Shown piece by piece: positions 21,912 to 35,524 of a DNA stretch of 64,000 nt. Under the pieces are notes generated by a model. The model saw nothing but the letters and a program-made list of their open reading frames with translations. It was not told where the DNA came from and did no database searches. A program made the position numbers and the translations under genes. The stretch's first letter is position 1; each line of letters starts with the position of its first letter. Origin of the DNA: Vitrella brassicaformis CCMP3155 (taxonomy: Eukaryota > Protista > Chromerida); the NCBI GenBank assembly GCA_001179505.1, contig CDMY01000047.1, positions 1 to 64,000 of the forward strand, written 5' to 3'.

Positions 21912-24900
21912 CTATGCTCGCCGCTGTGTGAACTGCGTCCCACTGAATGCCCCACCACCAGTGCTGCTGCCGCTGCCCTGCTGCCCGCCGAAGAAGCCCT
22001 GTGTGGGGCTGCTCGCCAACGCGCCAAACCCACCCCCACCGCCCGTCGAGTAGGCCGCAAACCCACCGCCTCCACCACCACCAAACTGATGCACACACAC
22101 ACACCACACAGTGAGGGCAAGCGATTTGGTTCGTGGTCTGATGGATGGATGGATGGTTGCCTGAATCGTGTTGAGTGTGTCCCGTCCGTCCGTATCTCAC
22201 TCAACTAACTCACCGCTGGAGTGGTCTGTTGACCAGCACCCGTCGCTGCTCCACCTCCGAAGGCCCCCGACCCGAACCCAAAACCGCTGGACGTCTGGCC
22301 GAAGGTGTGGAGGGGCAGATGGGATGGCGCACCCTGACCGCCGCTGCCAGCGGGCGTCACAACCCCCAGCTGGCCCAACAGACCACCACCACCACCAGCT
22401 GCGCCGCCCCCTCCCCCGGTGCTGGTGGAGCTGAAGTTGAATGTGAACCCCCCGCCGGCCCCTGTGGCAGGGGTGGATGGTGTGATGGTCTGCATGACGG
22501 GGGGCGCCGCGATGGACGACAAGCCACTACTGATGGCCGTGGTCGTAGTGGTGCCGGCTGCCGACGGGAAGACTAGGGCCGCGGCCGGTGGCGACGTAGT
22601 GGATAGAGATAGTGACGCCAGGCCTTCAGTGGCCGCTGCTGCTGCTGCTGCTGCGGTGCTCGTCGGCTGTGCAGACGGGAACAGTGGCGCGGGAGGGAGA
22701 GGGGCAGCTGCGGCGACTGGCGCTGCCGCGGGTGGTGGTGCAGCTACTTTTGCCATGGTAGTCGGCGACTTGGACCTCACCGATCGGCCCATCCTGTCCC
22801 TTTCCTCTCCTTCGTCGCTGTCTTCAGTGGCAGCGCCTTGATCGCGTCCACGCACGGTGCCCTCGGCTACGACAGGAGGCTGTGGGATGGGCGGAGGGGG
22901 CAGCGGTGCTGGGGGCACCGCGGCTGCCGCACCGCCACCGCCACGGCCAAATGTCGGCGGTGTCTCCTGTGGTGCAGCCTCTGCCGGTATCGAAGCCCTC
23001 TGCTCCCGCGGCCGTGGCGGCGTTGGGCTGGGTGCCGGGGGTGAAAGGAGAGAGGGCGGCTGCTTGGAGAAGGCTGTTGGCCTCTGCTGCTGCTGCTGTG
23101 CCGTCGTGACGGGTGTCTCGATCCTCGATAGGTCTGGGGGTAGGCTGGCGCGGCGTGTCCCGGCGGCCTTGGGCAGCTGAATGGGGTCGGGCATGCGGAA
23201 GCCGTCCGCGTCGACGTCCGTCGGGGGGCCGCTGCCGCCCATCGATGGCACCGATGGCACCACCCGACCAGTGGACGGGGGACGCTGCGCTGCGGTCACT
23301 TGCCTGAGAGAGAAGCGCAGCACACAGCGGGTCGGTTGTGCATGAGTGCGCGTGTACGGGCATACTCACTCGTCCGTGTCCGGGCGACGTGGCCTGGTGG
23401 TTGCTTTGGGTGGGGGCGGGCCTCTGCCGGGTGGCATCTGGGGGACTGGTGTGCGGACACCACTGGGGGGGCCACGACTGGCTCGGGACGGGACACCTAC
23501 ACCTGCGCACAGACCAGGCCAGACAATAGAACACACAGAAGGGCGGATGGGATGACATGAGCGGCAGATGGCTGGCTGGCTGGATGGACCTACCTGGGAG
23601 TGCCGGAACGGCCAGGTGTGGCGCTGTCTGCGGGATCTGCTGTTGGGCCTCCCGATCTCGCTGCTCCCTCCGCATGTAAGACAGGGCACTCTCAACTGCA
23701 GGGCCGCCAACTGCCGCACGGGCAGGCGCGATGACCGGCTCAGCCCTGGTCCAGACACACACATACACGCACATCCCATCCACCCCCCCTCGTGTCTGTC
23801 GTGTGGTGTGCATGTGACTGGGCTGGCTCGTCCATCGCTCACTTGATGGGTGTTGCTTGTGTCGGCCTCGTTGCCCAGATCTGCTCCACACGCCTCGCGA
23901 TCTCAGCACGGTGGGCTGCGGGCACATGGCGAGGCGGTCGCTGGTCGGGCGGCTGCCCCTCCCGTCGACTCGCCGGGCCAGCCCTGTCTGTTGAGTGACG
24001 GCGCCTGGATGGGCCTCCCTGCAATCGCAACAGCCTGACGCGCTCCTCAAGGGTCGCCAGAAACTTTTCGGTCTTGTCGTACTCGTGCCTTATGGACCTT
24101 GCATGGCAGGTGGTGTGGACAGGGAGGGACACGAAGCGAGATCACGACCGTGGGCTGTGCTGTGCGTGGGGGTAGTGTGGTGGGGTGTGGTGTGGTGTGG
24201 TCATATGGTATGGTGTGATACTATGCTGTGCCTACTCGACATCTTGCTTGAGGTGCTCCTCATCGAGTTCGGGTGTGCGGCTGTGGCGGAAGTCAGGACG
24301 GCGGGGCGCAGGAGGGGGGCTGCACAGCACACACCACCACACACCACCGACAGACACGTGTCGTGTTGGTGTGGTGCTTCCTTGCCAATCACTCAATGTA
24401 GATGCGGTGGTCGTCTGCATGTCATGTCCAGGTTTTGTTTGTATGTCGCTCACCTGGTGGGTCGGTCGTGCGCCGGTGGTGTGGAGAATGGGTGTCTTGA
24501 GACCAGCTGCGAGCCGCCCCTGCCGCGGCCGGGCAGGCGACTCAGCCTGTCCCGGTGAGCCGACGCACTGCAGCCATCCCATCCCATCCACGACAGACAG
24601 ACAGACAGACAACCCAGCGGCAGCCAGACGTGAGCACACACCAGGGTGGATGGATGGATCATATTTCAACCCACCGTACGTACCGTTGGGCCAGGTGCAT
24701 CCTCTCCAGTGCCGTCCGTGCGCCCTCGACCCCCTCCCTGTCCTCCCTGGGCTGGTTGAGCAGGGTGCTCCAGCCACCGATACCGAACCGATCAGCCCCC
24801 GTCTCGGGCCTCTTGGTCCGTGGCCCTCTCTCAGCCGTCAGGGGTGCGGTGCGCTTGTGGCTGTCCGGTGGGCGAGGCGGTGAGGGGCCGCGCTGTGATG

Positions 24901-27900
24901 CGTGGCGGATGGTGTCGCGGATGTCACGATTGACCCTTTTGGCACGCGCAGAGATGTCGAGGGCTTGATGGACCAGCCTGACACGACACACACAGACAAG
25001 ACAGACAAGACAGGCAGACAGACAGACAGGTGATTGGGAGTGAATGGTGCTTGGTGTTCTCTGTGTGTGTGTGTGTGGTTGTGTGTGTGTGGTTGTGTGT
25101 GCCGCCTGACTGACTCGTGGACTTCGGGTGACGCAAGTTTGACAGTGTCGTTGGAGAGCCATGTGGCCGCTTCCGCCTCGGCATGCACCGGAGGGGAAAC
25201 ACACTGATAGCGGCACACAAGACAACACAACGCCATTCATTGCATGTCATCCCTCCCTCCCTCCCTCCCTCATCCATCCATCCATTTCTGTCTTGTTCCC
25301 TCCCCCCCTTGCGTGTGCCTACCGTACCGCTCTGTACAAATGCTGGATTATGCGGGCCATTTTCTCGTATTCGGCCATCTGCTCGAATCGACGACAGAGG
25401 GGCACCGAGGTAGAGCTGCCATCGCCGTCAGCAGGCAGCTCCCTCTCGGCCTCACTCAGCGCCAGACGGGCCGCATCGTGCTCCTCTGAACGGGCCAGAC
25501 AGACAGATACACAGATGGGTGGACGGTGTGGTGGTGGTGGTGTGGCGGTATGTGGCTCACCCTACCCTGTCTCAGTTTGATTTGCTCGAGCATATCCTTC
25601 ACTTGCTGTGCCTGTGCCTGGCTGAGGACCACTTGTTCGTCCTCAATCTGCCTGACGCGCCTCTCGAAGCCGCGACACTGATAGAACACCTCGGCGGTCA
25701 TCTTGGTCTGACACGTCAAAACACACACACACATGTCATGTCAGGTGTTGCTTTGCTTCCATGACCAATATAATCCTCCCCTCTCCTTAAAATGCTGACC
25801 GCGATGCCCCTGCCCATGGAGCGTTCAGCCTTAGCCTGGAACAGCTCCTCGGCCTCGTCCATGAGCCGCATCGTCCTCTCACGCCCCTCACGCACACGAT
25901 CCTGATCCTGATCTTGTTCTTGTTCCACCATCCACTCCACCGCACGGACCTCCTCGCCCTCCTCCTCTTCAAGTAATGTCTCGTCGGCCTCCATCGGCTC
26001 CTCAGGCGCATACAGATAGCCATAGCCTAAACCCTCCTGGCCTCGGTCAGCCTCTGGCGTGGTCTCGCTGGCGTCCGGTGAGGGCGACTGGATGGGGAGG
26101 GGGGAGGGGAAGGGATACACGGACGGCGGGGGCAGACTGGGCGCTGCCCTGCTGGGGGGCGTCTGGAACATGCCACCCTGCTGCTGCTGGTCGGCCCCGG
26201 CCGACTGACGTGGCCGCAGAGGGAAGGCACCTGCTCCTGCGGCTGCTGGTGCCGCTGCTGCTGTAATGGTGAAGAGCGGTGGAAATGGCGCCGCCGGCTG
26301 CGGGGGCGGGGGGGACAGTGGGGAGAGTGGAGAGGCAGTGGACAGCCCCCCGTTGCTGCGTTGAGTCGGAGGAGCCATCACCGCACCGCCAGACATCGGC
26401 GGCGGAGCCGCGAAGGGCACTGGCGCTGACACAAAGGCACGCAACACACACACAAACAGACAGACAGGGCAATCATGATCGGTCAGCCGGAGTCTTACAC
26501 ACGTGTCTGTCTGATTCCACCCTCCCGCCCAGCCTCTCACCCCTTTCACCTTGAAGATTGGCCTGTAAGGGTCCTGCGGGTGAGCCTTCCCGGCTGTCGG
26601 CCAGCTCAGTGCCGCTCTCCTCTGGCGACTCGGGCGGCTGTCGCAGGGGGGAGCCACCGGGGGCACTGGCCGACATCGATGGTGGCCCTGATGTGATGCA
26701 TGACGGCGAGGGCGGCAGGGGGGCCTCCCATGTGTCGCTGCACAGCTGCGGCATGTTCTGGTAGTTGAGTATCTTGGCCGTGAGGTTGCCCGCCGTGGAC
26801 GAGAGCAGCAGTATGGGGGGGCGGTCCACAGTGACGGGACCTCTGGTGTAGCTGCCCTCGTACCCGAAATACGCACACGCACCTGACCTCCCATCCCATC
26901 ACCACACACAGATTCCATGCACAGCTCAGATCGATTTGGATGTGATGCCTGAATGGAATGCACGCTCTGTGTCTGGTGTGGTTGCTTTACCGCTCCAGCC
27001 GGCTTGGTCGTCGGTGCCGACGTTGACCGACAGAACGGGGCCCTGCCCGCTGCGGGTGATGACCCACTCGGATGGGGCCACATCAGTGTCCTGCTGGCCG
27101 TCCGGCGGCATAGCGAACTGTTGGTCCCGCGACAGTGTCAGGCCCTGGTCACCCTTGCTCGTTGACACCAGCAGCAAACCACTGTCAACACAGATGGATG
27201 GACGGATGCATGGGCAGTGAATGGGTGAGTTGGTGTGTACTTGTGTGCTGTGTGTGTTGGGCGGGCGGGGCGCTGGGTGCTCTCATCCACCACTCACTCA
27301 CCATTGTGGCATGAAGTGGAAGATGGCGCGGTCTGTGAGGCTCCACGAGTCCACATAAACCTGCTCAAACGGACCATGAGACCGATCGACAGACGACGTC
27401 CACCTAGTATAGTAGTGTTAGTGTGCTGTGCCCAGCCTTACGCACGCACCTCGTTGACGTCAGACCTGCCCACCCACTGGATGCTGCCGTCGCCCGCCAT
27501 CACGCGAAACATGATCTGAATGAAGGAAGCCACACAGGACAGGAAGGCCGATCCGATGGATCATCTGGACATCTTTTGGTTCCATGCTCCCTCCCTCCCT
27601 CCCTCCCTCCATCCCTCCATCCAAGGTTGTCTTTACGATGTATGTGTCCAGTGGCGCCGAATCGTCCGTCGGGTCGGCGCCTGGAGCAGGGCCAAGCCAC
27701 ACGGCCGCCCACAGCTCGTCTGTGCGGCCGCCGCTGGACGGGTAGGGAACCGAGTGCATGCCCACCACGATGCCCCTGGAACCAGCAACACACACACACA
27801 CACACACGGTGCTCATGTGGGAGGACTCTGAATGCGCGTGTGTGTGCGGCGGTGTGGTGTGTGTATGGCACCCGCTGAGGTCGTTGTCAGCGATGGGTGT

Positions 27901-29640
27901 GATTTGCACGTCTGTGAGGCTGGTGCTGCGGCACACACCGATGTGGCCTAGCAATGAGTGACAGAGGACCACGACAGATGTACACGTGTAGATCTTCACC
28001 CACATCAACACACGTACCTGGTTGGCTGAGGCCGAAGACAAGCACGTCCGCACTCGGCACAGACGCCACCGACGTCCTCAGCTGACAGGCAACTGCCCCC
28101 CAACGCACAAACACACGACGACACACTCATGGCGATGTATGTCACGGAATACCAGATTCCTCCCTCGTCCACTCCACCAACTCCCTCCCTCCCTCCCTCA
28201 CCGCAGGTGGCGCCGTGTATCGGAATTTGCATGCAGGGCGGCTCTGCCGTCATGGTGGCGGTGAATGGTCCAACGATCCGCGCGGTGCTCCTGGCGTACA
28301 CATGGAGGGACGCCGGCATGATGCGGTCCTCCGGCTGTGCTGCGGCAGCGGGTGGGGCGGGGGATACCATGTCGTCCACACAAATGCCCACGATCTCGTC
28401 ACGAGCTGTGGGGTGGGGGGACCCGACACACAGCCAGATGGGAGTTAGTTGAGTGTGCCGGTGTGGTGTGGTGTGGTGTGTGCGGGCGGGCGGGCGAACC
28501 TGTCCACTGGAAGTCGATTATCAGGCCGCCAAATGAGTACTCCGTCACCTGTCAGTCAGTCAGTCAGTCAGTCAAACCAAGCCAGACAGACAGCCACCGA
28601 CAGACAGACGGACATTCACGTGACGTGTTGTGTTGGCTGGTACATCAATTGATGATGTGTCGTGTGTGTAAGTCCTTCGGCAGGTGGTGTGAGTGAGGAA
28701 GGAGTGCGGACGTTGTGTGCGTACGTACCTGTGCTGGAGGGCTCTGGCAGACGTCGAATACGATGATTTCGTGTCCGATTTGGCAGGCACACATGCTCTC
28801 GTCGTTGCTGAGGCGGATCTGCGCCGCCTTCTGGCCCTCCGCATCACCCGCCAGCTGCAATGCATCAAACCCAAGGAGGACGCATGCGCACACACACACG
28901 CATGTATTGCATGAGAGCGCGTCTGTCTGTCTGACTGACTGACTGGCGTCAGTCATGGGTGGTTGTGCCATGCACAGTACCCACCGGGAAGACTGCAGCT
29001 TCGCGGTACTGCTGAATCGCGGCCGGCTCGGGAACCTCCTGCATGCCATGCAGGCCATGCAGCCACACACCATACCCATACACACACCACACCCATACAT
29101 ACGTGTGGTGTGTTGGTGTGGCTGGCTTCACTTGACAGGTACGGTAGGTACGCTCTCCCTCTCCCTCCCTAGGACCTTGTGTGTCTGTCTGTGCTGTTTG
29201 TTCACCTGTTCCAGGTCCAGCCCTGCCAGCATGTCACCCACCTTGTACGCACACAAACCTACATACAGGTGAGCGAGAATGCATTCCCCGACACACAACA
29301 CCAACCAACAGTCGTGCGGTACGTGGATCTCTCCCTCTCTCTGTGTGTGCCAGCGACGCGGGTACCGCACCATACCTGATTGTGAGAGGCAGTAGAGGCG
29401 TCCATGGCGTCGTGAGAGTGCCAGCTTGGGCCCTGCCGGCCCTCTCACGCCACTAGGACTGGCATCCCCGGTGTCGCCCGTCACAGACACCAACCCCTTG
29501 ACGACAATACCTGGTCATCACAGGTCACACAGAGAGGTCAGGCAGACTTGATGCTGATGATATTCCCACTTGTAGAGGCGCATGCACGTACCCTGGAAGA
29601 GTGACGGTCCGACATCTACAGATGCGACCGATGCTATCAT
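21912..29640 (-). CDS. NUP214: Nucleoporin NUP214/Nup159-like: beta-propeller, coiled-coil, FG repeats; many exons; start approximate
   Basis: N-terminal PKLALSRRHGRLYCLSQSG (cf. plant PLAISERHAVLFVAHSSG), coiled-coil exons (FERRVRQIEDEQ..., YDKTEKFLATLEERVRLL), Pro/Ala/Ser-rich linker and FG/GGF repeats ending FSGTQFTQRRA* (cf. plant NUP214 ...LFTQMRK). Not every internal junction was verified. Confidence 0.75.
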
Positions 29641-29730
29641 ATTCTCTCTCAGCGCCGCGTATGGGAGAAAAAGCAGAGATCTGCACGCTTCAAGCTCGCA
29701 GATTTTTCCTGGCCGATTCCCTCGCCTCCA

Positions 29731-32700
29731 ATGACGCGGCGTGTGGTTGTGGTGGTGCTGTTCCTTTCTCTCTGTGCGAAGAGCGAGCCGGCGAACGAGT
29801 CGTCGACGATTGAAAGCAGCCTGTGTGTCGGTTCGGTGTGCTGCCGGATCCGCGGCCCAGCTCCCTGCGCCAGCCTGCTGGAATCCGTTCAAGAGCTGCG
29901 GCTGCCATCACGGACCCAAGTGCCAGAGGTCAGAAAGAAAGCCAAAGAAACAAACGAGCTTATGGATGGATGCCTTTGGATGGATGGATGGATGGCCACA
30001 CACAGATATGTGGCGGTTCGTGTGTGAGCGAGGTGGTAGATGCGCTTCACGGGTCCAAGGCCTGCCCTGCAAAGGTGGTCTATGGCGTACACAAAGTCAT
30101 GGAGGCGCTCTGCAGAAAGGTACAAACGTACGTTAAAAACGAATGAATATATGCACACACCACACCCGGAATGGAACGACCACTCTCCTGTCCTGTCCAT
30201 GGCATGGATTGCAGCTAGGCCAGGTGGGCGAGGGCCGACCTCACTGCATGGAGGACTTCATCAGAGAGGGCGAGCACCTGCGGCGTGTCATGGCCTCCTT
30301 CCCGCCAACCCACAACCTCTCCCAACCCATCATCCTCCAGCTGCCCCTCACCACGGCCAGCAACCCCCCCAAGCGCCTCTCGCCCGACGGCACCTTCATG
30401 CTGTCCATGTGCGAGACCCTCGGCGACACGTGCATCGCTGCCGGGCTGGAGGTCGAGCAGTGGCTCAACTACCACCGAAGGATACGTCAGGATGGCGAGC
30501 AGACGAAGGGCAAGGGGAGGGTGCCATTATTGGTGTATCCAGGGGAGTTTTATGACACGGTGAGGAGGTTCGGGTGCCATGGAATCGATGTGGGTGAGGG
30601 GGTGGGGAGGGAGAGGCTGTGGTGCTGGCGGTCGGTGCTCGAGGCCATGCAGAACATGCCGCATGTCGTTGCCAAACTCATCGACACTCCGCAGGAGTTC
30701 TGCAAAGGTACGTAGGTTAGTCTGGCCAATCCCTCCTGCCATCCGATGCATCCCTGGATGGGCTGCCTTCATATGTGTGTGTGCTGTCTGTCGTGTCGTT
30801 CATGGCTCATCAGATCCATGTCAACCGATGGCCCTTCAGGAGGTGCTTCGCATCCGCCGCAGTATCCTGCCTCTGGCCAGCGATGCGGCCCTCCAGGCCA
30901 GCGGCAGGCACCGCCCGTCCGAGTCGACACTCATTCTCAGTGAGGCGGAGGCCGATGCACTCATACCACTCGCAGACAGTGCGTGTGGGCATAAGCTGGC
31001 CAAAGACAAGAGCTGCTCAACCATGGTCGCACCGCTGCTGTTCCCACAAGCAATGGGAGGGAGCAGCGAGTCGACCATGATGCCGTCTGATGCTGCCCGT
31101 GAGCTGTGGACGCACCAGGGTGTCTTTGCAGTGGGCAACGGGACTACGGCCGATGGTGAGGTGTGCGGTGTCATCAGTGCGGCGCAGCAGGAGATGGGAT
31201 GCTGCACGGGGGCGGCACTGGCCGTGCGCCATAGGGTCAGCGACGCGGCACATGATATGTGGAAAGGCACTTTTGCAGAGGAGGCAACGACCACAGGTGA
31301 AGAGAGAGGGGCAAGCCTGTACGCGTCGGCGAGAGTGCATCCATCATATCTGTGTGTCCACCGTGTGCAGAGTTGCAGAGGACGTACGGGGGCTGTGTGT
31401 GCCAGGAGAGCTACACATGGCGAGAGAAGGAGTACAGCGGCCGTCGGAAGGCCGACGCCCTCGGCTGCATCCGCGACGGCTCGCCCTTCCCCTGGTGCAT
31501 TGTGCAAGACCGCCCCTCAGGCTGCGGCAGGTACTCGCCCATCGGCCTCTTCTGGTGGGACAAGTGCGTCATCGACACACCTGACAATGCGCCATTGCCG
31601 CACGCCGACCCGCCCAATGATGCCGACGCCCCCCTGTTGGTGCTGCCACCGCCCCCACTGCCCGTTGTGGCTGCACAGGAGGGTGGAAAGGGCACAAATG
31701 AGAGTGAGCAGCTCGGTGTGGGTGTGGGTGTGGGGGCAACGACAGCTAAGCTGTTTGTCTGTGTGCATTGATTGCCTGTAGGTGAGGTCAGTCCGATCAA
31801 GACGGACAATGGGTGCACCTGCAAGGAGAGATTTACAAACAAAGGTGACCTGGCAGAGGGAGGGACGATATGATAGAGTATTATCATGTGACGTGACATC
31901 CACCCTCTGGAGACACATACGTCACGTGTGTGCTGGTTGGTGAATAATCAATTCATATATCAGGTCGTGTCTACGACGGCAGCTGCATTGCCAACGATGA
32001 GTCCGGGTCGCCCCCCTGGTGTCACACCCAGGGCGGCTGCGGGCAGTTCTCATTTGGCGAGAGCACCTTCTGGGACTTCTGCAAATGCGATAATGGAACC
32101 TGCCCCGTCGGACCTCTGCCGCTGCGTACGCGTACACACACTGACGGATGCGGTGTGTGTTTACATATGTGCTGTGCATATCATGTGCTGCGTCTGTGTG
32201 TGTGGTTGCCTGGCCCAGCGTCCGTCGGCGAGGCGGGTTCCATCGGCACTGAGACGGACTGCAAGTGCCTCCGGGAATTCACATACAAAGGTAGGTGAGA
32301 AAGAAGGTGGGCAGCTTCGCTTCGGGGGCGTGGCGTGGCGTATGGATGTGACGGCGGGCCATGTTGTCTTTCCGTCTCAGGTCGTCCTTATCGCAACGCG
32401 TGCATCATCCCCGACGACCCCACACTGCCGCCATGGTGCCCTGTTAGTCAGGTAGGTACACACACATACACGCACGACCACATACACGCATACACACACA
32501 CACACGTGTCACGGATCCCTGCGTCGCATGGCATGTGTTGTATTGCTGGTTGATGGTCAGGAGAAGTGCGGTCGGTTTGCCGAGGGTGTCGGGGCCTGGT
32601 GGGACTTCTGCAAGTGTGGCGACATCCAAGACCCCACGGGGCCATGCTCGGCTGGTGACACACCATCAGCACCACCAGAAGAAGAGGCCGACGCCACCAC

Positions 32701-34987
32701 CCCGCCACCAGAAGGTGATGATGTGTTCGTCATCGAGCCGAGCGATGGACACGACCAAGTGAATGGCCCACGAGGTACGCAGACTGGCTGGGTGCCGTCC
32801 TTGCTCTCTCAAGGTGTTTGGTGGGGCTGGGTGTGGTGTGCAGATGACTTTGTGGATGTGAGTGTGCCCGTGGAGCCGTCCCGTGTCTCAGCGGGGTGGC
32901 TCAAGGACATCTCACACAAATGCGGTCCGTCCGCCCGTATTCTTTCGTCCAATGTGACTCTGTCTGCGTCCTCCGTGTGCGTGCAGGTGTGGATCTTAGT
33001 CTTGGCTGCACGAGCGACGACAGCGAGACAGTGTACATCAGCACCACCCTGTCCGTCGTGGTGGCCCTCAACCTCCCACCAATACCCATGGACACCGCTG
33101 GCGCTTCAGCCAGTGGGGCCGGTGGCGGCGCGGCCAACAACGATGCCGTCATGCGTCAGGGGGAGACGCTCTTCCTGGCATGTCCTTTCGACAGCAACGC
33201 CATCGACCTCACTACAGCTGCTGACAGCAACGGCAACCACACAGAGACAGAGACAGAGACCACTGGTGGTGGGGAAGCTGCTGGTGAGTCGTTCTCGTCG
33301 TCCGAGCTGGCCTCGCTGCCCCTCATCTCCCTCTCGTGGATGGAGACATCGCTCAAGAAGACTCTTGGCGACATCCTCCTGGTCGGTCGGGGGGTGCAAC
33401 TGTCAAACTGCGTGTGTGAGCCGGTCGTTGATGTGATGTGATTGATATGATATATGGTGGCCGCAGGTGTCTCCTGAGTCGATAGAGGTGCTCTTGTGCG
33501 AGCCCGACGGCAGTGAGGGCGGATCGCAGCAGCAGCAGCAAAATGCCCGGCAGCTGCAGCTGAGGGAGGCTTTGCTGGCCAGCGGACCGTTCAGGGGCCT
33601 GCAAGACAGAGACAGCGACCAGCCCACATCATCATCATCTGTGACGCCCCCGCCCCCAGCCACCGACACAGATGTGAGGAGAGACGACTTGTACGAGGAG
33701 TTTGCCTTTGACGACCCGATAGTCGATTACGTCAATGCCAATGTCTTCATCCAAGGTAAGGTGGCCGCACAGCACAACAGTGCCGATGGATGGATGGATG
33801 CAGTGCCTGAGACGTGACATCTTGTGTGTCTTTCTTGTTCTCTTTGTCTGCAGTGCCTTCGCTCAAGAATTTCACGGTCTCAAGGCTGCTCAAGGATGCG
33901 CTCGACACACGTAAGCCCTTTCCCCCATCATATCGCCAGCCCTCAAGATTGCCATGCAATTCTGTGTGCCCTGTTGCCCCTTGCTTGCTGGATAAACCCA
34001 GGTTTCCTCCAGTCGTCTTTGACGTCAGAGCTGACGAGCATCGTCAAGGAGCAGCACCTGGCGGCCTTTGAGTCCAGCGACCAGTCCATGCCCGAGGTGG
34101 CGTCGCCCGTCGCCTTACTCATCCCGGCCTACGACACATCCTCCAGCACACAAACGCCCCCAAAGCTGACTGCAGCCATAGCAGCAGCAACAACAGCAGC
34201 AAGACCGACAGAGCAGCAAGACCTCCCGACTTCCCCCACCCCACCACGCAGAGCGGCCCCCACCACGAGTACACCATTACCACGGGCAGCAATGGGGGGC
34301 AAGAAAGAAGTCAAAGACACGGTGGCATCATCGCTCGTCGACAAAGACACGGCAGCACTGCAGCAGCAGCAGCAGCAGCACGGCAACGGCAGCCACAGCC
34401 GCTTGCCGGCGGTGCAGATCGACAGAGACCGGCGGGCTGGCGAGGAGTCCCGTCGAATGTTCGTCAAGACCCTGCCCATCTGGCTGCCCATCGCAGGGGG
34501 GCTGGTGTTCCTCCTCTTTGTCGTGCCGCTCATCGTCCTATGTGTGCTCAAGAGCTGCAAGGGGGCCCGCAAGCACAAGACAGCTGGGAAAACGAAAGTC
34601 GTCGATCGGCCATCCGCCCAGCCGCAGCCGCACCACCAAGACAAGGCGGCCCCTGTCCCACTGTCGATGATGGGTGTGGCGATGGGCATGATGGACCGCA
34701 GGACGACCACCAGCACCACACAGGTCGATGCCCCACCCAGCTGCAGTGCGGCCCCAGGAGGTTGTGGGGGAGGGGGTGAGGATATGGACGAGTTGGGTGG
34801 TCATGTGTCGTGTGAGGGGGTGGGTGTGCTGATATCCTCCGACCATCTCAATGTCGCCTCCGCACCAAAGATATCTGTGTTGAGTGGGGGTGGTGACTGT
34901 GATCATGACCGTGATCGAGAGCCGTGTGCAGACATCAGTGTCAACGATGAGCACATCAACGCTGCCATCGACACGGTCAGCCAGTGA
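29731..34987 (+). CDS. Type I membrane protein: signal peptide, three FN2-like Cys-rich repeats, low-complexity stalk, TM, cytoplasmic tail
   Basis: MTRRVVVVVLFLSLCA signal. In-frame splice joins verified at about 29930, 30120, 30710 and 31298. Repeats of the form GC.C...FT.K..Y..CI......PWC......CG......WWD.C; TM IWLPIAGGLVFLLFVVPLIVLCVL. Confidence 0.75.
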
Positions 34988-35524
34988 GAGCGGGGAATGG
35001 AGACAGACCTATGTGTGTGCATACATAGTGGGTGTGGTGTGCGGCGATGTGATGTGCGTCGAGGTTCAGGTTGTGGATATCGAGTTTGGGAGCCGTGACA
35101 CAGCGAGATTCGGATAGGCACTCACTCGTTCACTGATTCACTCACTCACAAAGAACGGGGCGGTGCATACCATACGGGGTCTGTCTCGTGTGCGTGCGTC
35201 CCATAGCGACGGACGGACACCATGCATGAATGAATGACGGCATGGAATGGAACATGTGCACGCACACATACATGCCTCCCGACCATCCACGTACTCAGAC
35301 ACCGACTGAGAAAGGAAGGACGTCCACAGGACAAGCCAAGCCCACCAACCAATACCCACACACAAACACCATACGTACGTACGTACCACCCCGTCCATGT
35401 GAGTGAGCCATGTGAGCACACAGAGAGGGAAAGAGGCTAGGCAGGCAGGCAGGTAGGCAGCTAGGTAGCTAGAGACTAGGGAGGGAGGGAGGGAGGGAGG
35501 AGAGTGGCTGACACAGTCCATCGG

